This document shows positions 56,721-64,000 of a DNA stretch of 64,000 bases, piece by piece. Source of the stretch: Lama guanicoe. Lineage: Eukaryota. Location of the stretch: positions 1,186,829 through 1,250,828 of the forward strand of contig MU054925.1 in the NCBI GenBank assembly GCA_013239625.1. The letters run 5' to 3'. A program made the translations under genes and the position numbers. Each line of letters starts with the position of its first letter. Position 1 is the first letter of the stretch. Below the pieces are notes generated by a model that worked only from the letters and a program-made list of their open reading frames with translations, made no database searches and was not told the DNA's origin.

Positions 56721-58299
56721 GAGCCAGGATACAGCAACATCCTCAGACGCTGGTTTCCGGGCAGGGCCTGAGAGACCCACCATGTGGGGAACAGAGACCA
56801 GGAATGTGTGGAGGACCAGAGGGGAGGTGTGGAGAGATCCCAGGAGTGACACTACCCTCTGTGGGCAGGGACTATCCTTCTGTGGGCCTGCCCCGGGCTG
56901 TTAGCGACAGGATGGTGTCAGAGGATGGACCATTGCAGCCTGCCCACCCATGGCAGTAGGAGTTATAAGTTGGGGCTAGCCCTGCTGGCTGGACGTTAGA
57001 CTCAAAAGAGAAGCTGCTTATTAGGCCCAACCCTAGCTCACTTTGTCCACTGCTGCTTCAGTAGGTGACAGCTGTAAGTTGGGGACAACAAAACATCACA
57101 ATGCTGGCCTTCCTTCCTGGCTCTGCTCCAGTGCCCCCCTGATATGGGAGAAACATGGGCTTTTGGCTCTGAGGGCAACTCTAACCTTCACTGTTAGCCA
57201 TGCTGGGCCTCAGCCTCTCAGTCTCTGGAATGAGGACATAGTTCTAACTGGGTGGTTGCCCAGAGTCCTCTCTCCAGGCTGTGATATGTGTGGGGCAGGG
57301 GTAGGGGAGGCAACCTAGGTCTGCTCTTGCCATCTCTCACCAGGGCCCCCCTAACACTGGAGGGGATCCTGGGGGACATCCTCAACCTGACAGTCCCTTC
57401 AGCCAGGTGGGCCTGGAGGAAGGGAAAGCTTCACAGGGTGGTCCTGGGCTGAGGTCTGAGGGATCTGTGAACTGTGAGTCCCAGAGCTTTGGAGGGTGAG
57501 GTGGCTGGTAGGGAGAGTTGCCCTCAGCCCCACAAGATTCAGCCTGACCCTAAGTGTTTTTCTTCTACTTGCCGCCCAGCCCATATTCCTTGTTCCTCCT
57601 TCCAGGAGCACCCTTTTCCCTTTCTTCTCTTGTAGCTTAGGTGGCATCTCCTCCAGGAAGCCTACCTGGTCCAGGCAGTGCCAGGTCCATTTTGTGGATC
57701 CCAGAGACCCTGTGCTACACCTACCTGAGCACAGTTCACTCTGGACACCTGACTCCCCCTTCCCCCATTCCTAATGCTAGACTCCCCTACCTCTCTAGGC
57801 TGGAGCTCAATGAGCACCTGGTGACAGAAGGGAAACAGCACCGGGTGGCCACACCTAGTGCTGGGAGATACCGTGCCTCGGGCAACATAAAAGGCACTCC
57901 CTTCTCTAACCAGAATTGGCCCGGAAATGAATAAACATCCATCAGAAATTATGGCACCATTCCTGTTCCACAGTCAACACGTCTAAAGACAGTCATGCAG
58001 GACAAAACTGAAATGAACTATTCCCTGCCTAGTGCCATGACATAGGTTCTTGTGACAACCATCCCGCCTCAGGTTACTGGGACAGAGACTTCTGGGGCTT
58101 GGGAAGAAACTTCAAGGGTCCTCCTTGATCACCCCAGCCATTGGAGGTGGGAGGGTGCAGCAGTCAAAGTTGGTTCTCTGCTGCCACCGTGTGGTCAAGC
58201 TGCAGACTGCCCCAGGTGGGCATCTCAGGCAGCCTCAGTCCTTGACAGAGGGCGTCCCAAGAGTGCCCTTCCTCCTTCCTTAGCCGCTTTGTCTGCAGG

Positions 58300-58790
58300 A
58301 GGGAGGCAGGCAAGCCACATGGGGGAGGTCAGCTGCCTTGCGGTGCCGGTGCCGAGTACAAGGGCTCCCCCAAGGTGAACTTCCAAGGCTCGGCCCATGT
58401 TTAGCTTAGGACCTTTTCAATTGCCCTTTCATTTGTCACCTTGAAGGAGTGTTAGCCCTCTTGCCCTCTTCGGGCTCTCACCCCCCTCTAAACACTATTC
58501 CATAGAAGTAGTGCCAGCCTCTTTCTCCAAACCAGAGAGATCATCTTTGTGGCTGCAGGGGGAATCTCTCTAACCACAATGTAACCACATCACTCTACAG
58601 CTTTAAAACATTCAATGGCTCCCCACTGCCAGATTTTTACCTGGAGTCTAAAAACCCTAGGCCTTAAAGACTCCTCCAGCTTCACTGTAAACTAGTCATG
58701 CTAGGTTCTTTACCCCATCAGGTTTCATACCAGGTTCATCTGTTTCCGCATGCTGTTTCCTCCACTAGGAACACCTTCTCTGTTTGCCTG
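58300..58790 (+). mobile_element. Degenerate L2 fragment
   Basis: TTTAAAACATTCAATGGCTCCCCACTGCC and CATGCTGTTTCCTCCACTAGGAACAC are L2-like phrases. Confidence 0.45.
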
Positions 58791-60344
58791 TTATCCCTTC
58801 CTTGCTCCCCAAGCAAGTAAACCCCACACTCCTGGGTGCCCACTGTTCTAGGTATACACACTCATCTAATTGAGACTGCCCCTTCCCACCCCCACCCCCA
58901 GAATAGGAGCTGAATGCAGAAAAGCTGAGAGCCCTACAGGAATCTGGGCAGCTAACAGGGACACCTAAGGGCTGACCGCTGACCAGAACACCAGTAGCAG
59001 TCAGAGACAGCTGGCCCAGAATCACCCTGGCCCCAGAGCCAGTGGTTTGGTGTCCTGGCCAGGAGCAAGGGAAGGAATAGAAGCAGGAAGAAGACAGAAA
59101 AGTGACACAGGGCACGTGTGCAGCAGAAGCAGCACCCACCAAGCCTGTGGCTGCTCGACAGGAGCTTTAGGGGTCCGGCAGATGGCCTGCTACCATACCC
59201 ATTTCCTGGGACAGCCATTCCAGTCCACACTTGGCTCATGCCACCCACAAGTATTGCCCAACAAGGGTTGGTTTTAGTGGCAGAGTATCTTGGCCCAGCA
59301 CTCGGAGACTGCATGAGGGTGATTCACTCTAGTCTGAGGACCATATTCAATGGACACTCTTCTCCCATAAATACTCCCTAGGCCTTTTGCTCCCCTGGCC
59401 AGTGGGATGGTTAAGTTGTGGCAGAATTGTGAGAGCCCCCCAGCAGTAAGGTAGAGGCTTTCTGCACTGTGCCTTGGGCTCTGTTCAAAGAACATCTCAT
59501 GGTAGGGTTAATGGGGCTGGGCCTTCACTGCCGAGCCTCCTGGGATGTCCATGGTGACCCACGTAGGCTGGGCCATGCCAGGGAACAGAGTGACTGAAGA
59601 GATCCCAGTCTACCTAGTGACAACACCCCTTCTTAAAGCAGGGTCCACTCCTACCTTAGAGGTCAGCTGGGTCTTCCTTCAGGCCCTCCAGCTCACTCCT
59701 GGGGGCCACTCTGAGGAAGGTGCTGGCTGGAGGTAGGGGAACTGAGGTGGACAGCCCTTCATGAGGAAGCCTAAGCTGGGACAATTTCCCCAGAGGCTGG
59801 ACTCAGAATTTGTCTGTGCTGAACACTAGGCCGCCTCACCAAGGGCTCCTACCTATGCCCGGGCTCAGACTCTCCCCACCTGAGTGTCCCCATCTTACTC
59901 AGCTCAGCCTCTGCTGAACTGCAGCAGCCCAAGAGCAGAGCCACAGCTAGGGTTCTCAAATAGTTGGGTGGTCCTTCAGGGCATGCAGCTGGGGGGTCCC
60001 ACCTAGGAGTAAGGAGGAGGCACTAGGGGTTCAGACCGAGTATGGAGATGGGGCTTCACACGGGTGGGGGGCAGCACTGCCAGTGGGGTACTGGCAAACA
60101 CTTTGCATGTGGGAGACTTCAGCTAAATGAAAACAGCCCCAGCCTAGGGGTCATCTCTGAGCACATGCGGCCTGAGCACATGCTGTGCAAGGGAGGGAGA
60201 AGAGAGGCTCAATTGTGCATGTGCCCTGTGCATGGGGAAGCCTGGGCGGGGCCTAGGGAGGAGGATGCAGTGTCTGTATGTGAGGGAGAGTAGGTGAGTG
60301 CAGGAACCAGTGACAAGGTCCAAGAAGTATCTTTCCCAAAGCAC

Positions 60345-60350
60345 TTTAAT
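60345..60350 (-). terminator. MON1A poly(A) signal ATTAAA
   Basis: TTTAAT on plus, about 120 nt after the stop codon. Confidence 0.6.
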
Positions 60351-60470
60351 GCACACACCAACCCCACAGTCCTGCCTGCTGCCTGGGCAAGAGAGGCCAG
60401 CCCCACCAGGAGGCTCCCATCGCTTCCACAGCCCAGTGTGCTTAGGAGGGCTGAGCCCCACACATTCTCA

Positions 60471-63432
60471 TCAGTAGGTGAGGGGTGTGAGGATGAAGAG
60501 GCGGTCTTCTTCTTTGCGGATCCAGCGCATCAGTTTATGGATGGCACTGACGGCCGACGCCTTGGTCCCCAGGGGGCTGTAGCACATGTAGAGCTCAAAG
60601 GCACCTGTCACCTGGAAGAGGGGCACAGGGTGGTCATCCTATTAGACACCATTTGTGGCTCTTGCCCAGGACCCTGATGTAGCCCATCCCATCCCAGGGC
60701 CACCTTACCCAGGCCAGGAGGTTCTCGTTGGGGCCCGTGTAGTAGATGGTCTTGAGTGGGCGGGAGGCATTGTGGGCACGGCTATGCAGGTACTGGTAGA
60801 GGCCCAGCAGCCGCTCCTGCTCCTCTTCACTGGTGTATGGGGCCTCAATCTCAGGGCTGGAGATGGGGGAGTGGGTTCGCAAAGGAGTGACTTCCACTGG
60901 CTTCTCTAGAGATCCAGAAACACCTATTCCTAGCCAGGGAGACTCTGCCATGTGTCCTACCCTCCAAATGCTCCCCCAGCACAAGGTATTGTTTCCCCAC
61001 CTCTGAAGTCTCCCCAGGATAGGGCTGGGCACACTCAGACTGGAACCCTGTTCTCCCATCTCCCTCAAGTTCATGACATCTTTGGTGATACTCTCCTGGA
61101 GAGGCCAGTCTGAATTTAGGTGTCCAAGACAGAGTGACAGGTCTAAAGTAGAGGAATAGTAAGCTGGGAACCCCCTGGACCAAAAGGGGTAAAGGGAGGA
61201 TAGAAGTTGCCACATCTGGCTCCAGCCCCTCTGTTGAAAGAAGTAGAGGAAGAGTTCTACATCCTGGGCTAGACCAAAATGACCTTATCTTAAGAAAGAG
61301 CAGCTCCAGGCCAAAAAACCCAGGAGACCTCTGTTCCAGCTTCCTTCCCTGGGTATACTCGGTATTTTGAGGCTTTGTGGGCAATGAATGAAATAGAGGA
61401 TATGCTAGTAGGAAGTAGGGTAGAGTGACAGGGAGTCTGGTTCCCAGATGTCAGAGTCAAACAAACAGCATGTTGGTCTATTCCCAGAGGGGTCGTCAGC
61501 TTCAGGACTCAGGCCCAACCAGCTCCCCCTCCCCACACTCTTGTCCACCTCAAGCAAGGCACCAAGGCCTTCCCTCACCTGGTGAAGAGTCCGGAGCTCT
61601 TTGATTTGTAGAGGAAGTGGCGCAGGTCGGGGATGCCCACTTGGGCAACACTGTAATATGGCGTGCGTAGTGCCTCCCGCAGTGCCAGGTGGGCACCGCG
61701 CTTCCGCAGGCGCTCCTGAAAACGGCGGCGGCAGTCAGAGACTGCAAAGAAGTCCTCGCGGTCGGTGGAGACTAGAAGCAGGCAGAGATCCGTGTCAGGC
61801 TCCAGGTAAGAGATGTGTGCGTGGAAGAAGCCGGCTGCGTTGAATTTGGGCAGGCAAACTGGAGTCCAAGCCTCGCCCTCGCGGAAGGATGAGGAGGAAC
61901 TTATGAGGTTGAAGAGCAGGTGCAGGTCGATGGGGTGCAGGAACTGGTCCTTGCGGCGCACGAGCGCCACGAGTTGGTTGCGCGCCAGCAGGATGGAGAA
62001 GACGAGGCTGCGCGCACGCGCCTGCTGCAGGCTGGCACTCACGACATCGCGCACGGCCGCCGCCAGGGGCAGGCAGCGCGCAGCCCCCATCAGGAAACTG
62101 GGGTCTCGCGCCATGAGCTGCAGCAGGTTGTCGGTGATGCGCTCCGAGCCCGAGAGCAGACGCCGCAGGTCGTAGTTCTGCTTCTGCTGGAAGATGTGGC
62201 TCAGCTGCGCGCCAGTAAGGAGGCTCAGGATCTGGTAGTAGATGTAGAGCAGCTCTTGTGCCAGTTCCTGCGCTGACTGCCGCGTGCGGGCCACTGCCAC
62301 CAGCACGAGTGGGCTCCGGCGCACGAACACTACCTTGTAGCCATCTGATGGGGGGATTGGGGGTGGTGTCAGCTTCAGCCCCTCTCTGGGAAGCCCTCTG
62401 GGATTGGCCTGGCCAGGCAACCTCAGAGCCCTGCCTTCCTATGCAGCATGTCGCCTTCCACATTCTCTCCACCCTCCCTCAGAGCTTGCACACAGTGGGG
62501 GCTTCAGGATGATGAAAAGAAAAACAGAAGCCCAAGGGCCCCCTTTCCCCGAGGGCCCCAGGCCTGTTCCTGCCACTTGCTTCACAGACTGGGGCCAGTT
62601 TCAAAAAAACTCAGGAAGCACTTCAGAAAAACAAACATTCTTGGGCTGTGGCAAGAGCTGGGTGGGGCTCACAATCTGGGATGTTTTGGTCACTTCCCCA
62701 GGCTTCTCACCCTCTCCAAGGGCAAAGCCCATGTGCCAGCCACCTTTGGCCCTCACAACAGCCCTATGAGGCAGTCAGTGTTGTACCTCATGTTCAGATG
62801 AGGACCTGGGGCTCAGAGAGGTGGAGGGACTGCCCTCGGTCACATAGCTCATCCGAGCCCTCTAGTTCCTGGGAGTCCAAAACCTGCTACGAATTAACCT
62901 CGCCAGGGACACCTCCCAGAACAGAACCCCCCTCCAGGTGGCTCACCTGCATGTATGGAACGGATGGCATTCTTGTCAGCCTCCAGAAAGGACACCAGGG
63001 CCACCATGACACCCATGGTGCTGGAAAGAGCCTCCTCTGACCCATAACGAGAGTATACAGGCTTCCCCGCCTCACTCAGCACGAAGACGTGCTTCTGGTG
63101 CAGTCGCCATGCCTCGGCAGCCTCCTCCTCATCCCCTTCACCAATGCCCTCCCTTGGGGGCTCTGTGGCTGGTCTCCCGGCTGCCCCTGGGGACTCCGGC
63201 CAGTCTTCAGAACTTCCTGGAAGCATCTCCTCCTGCAGGTCTCGGGCGACACCTGTCAGCTGGGTGCTCAGCTCACTGAAGTCCTGGCTGATCTGGCGCA
63301 TGTCTGCAGGCAGTGGTGGGGGACCCCCAGCACCCTCCTTGGGGCTGTCCCCAGAAGCCGCCCCATCCTCTGATTCAGTCAGGTCCTCGTAGGAACGGGC
63401 ATGGATGAACATGGCACCCTCCTGCCCAGCAC
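60471..63432 (-). CDS. MON1A: Vacuolar fusion protein MON1 homolog A (Rab7 GEF subunit); last four coding exons, 5' exons beyond the right edge
   Basis: Exons (minus): 62947-63432 ([18 protein letters not shown]...[18 protein letters not shown]), 61579-62344, 60709-60856, 60471-60611 (...ILTPLTY*). GT-AG with frame continuity. Confidence 0.96.
62750..62860 (-). mobile_element. MIR SINE
   Basis: CCTCACAACAGCCCTATGAGG...CAGATGAGGACCTGGGGCTCAGAGAGG. Confidence 0.65.
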
Positions 63433-63922
63433 CTGCCAGCCAAAAGCACTGGTGTTCATAGCGGTAGCTGCTGGCAGACCACCTCACCAGCAAGGTGCCC
63501 AATACAGCTCTTAAGCTTGACTGCCTGCCCTGATAAGGCAAGCCACCATTCCCTCCTGCTACTGTCTGCTGCAAATCATGTCTCTCTGAGACTTACAGCA
63601 CCAGTCTTCTCCCATCACAATGGGAATAAGATCCGGACCCCTCCAGGCTGCAGCGGCGGCTGGTATCTGCCTGCCTCTCTCACTCTCATCTCACAGGCCT
63701 TGCCCATCTCAGTCACACTGGCCTTCGCCCACCTGCTCTTTGGATGCCCTCAACACACCCCCACCTATCTCAGAACCTCTGCATCTCCTGTTCCCTCACC
63801 CTGGAAGACGCTCCCACCCCCTTGCAGGCCGGCTCCCTGTCACACTTCAGCTCTCAGCAAAGATGTTAGTTGCCCCCATCCCCTGACCACCAACCCTCAG
63901 CACTCTATCATATCCTAACCCG

Positions 63923-64000
63923 TTTTTTTTTTTTTTTTGGAGGGGGAGGTAATTAGGTTTACTTTTTTTTTTTTCAAGGAGGTACTGGGGATTGAACCCA
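63923..64000 (-). mobile_element. tRNA-derived SINE, Vic-1-like, cut by the window edge
   Basis: Poly-T followed by GGGGGAGGTAATTAGGTTT...GGTACTGGGGATTGAACCCA, the same family as 45158-45293. Confidence 0.85.

Overview
Mammalian genomic DNA, most likely a camelid (four copies of a tRNA-derived SINE with the camelid Vic-1-type head, two also with its 'cctaattacctccccc'-type tail). The block is syntenic to human 3p21.31. Five genes lie in tandem on the minus strand: TRAIP (coding exons 1-10; 3' end off the left edge), CAMKV (complete, 501 aa, pseudokinase), an intact single-exon 1250-aa ACTL11 (a pseudogene in human), MST1R/RON (complete, 20 exons, 1400 aa) and MON1A (last 4 coding exons; 5' end off the right edge). 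Exon structures were reconstructed by hand from splice signals and reading-frame continuity. TRAIP intron 1 holds a nested repeat stack: L1 fragments, a solo ERV LTR, an MLT1 LTR, a 226-N gap and a decayed SNRPG retrocopy. The most interesting observations are: (i) a second, degenerate copy of the actin phosphate-1 motif in the ~900-aa N-terminal extension of ACTL11; (ii) identical 14-bp RFX X-boxes bracketing ACTL11, with further X-boxes across 28-46 kb; (iii) loss of the Met that initiates human short-form RON; (iv) a GC-AG intron in CAMKV. No CRISPR array or true rRNA/tRNA gene was found. Gene identities rest on recalled protein sequences, and repeat boundaries are approximate. No searches were run.
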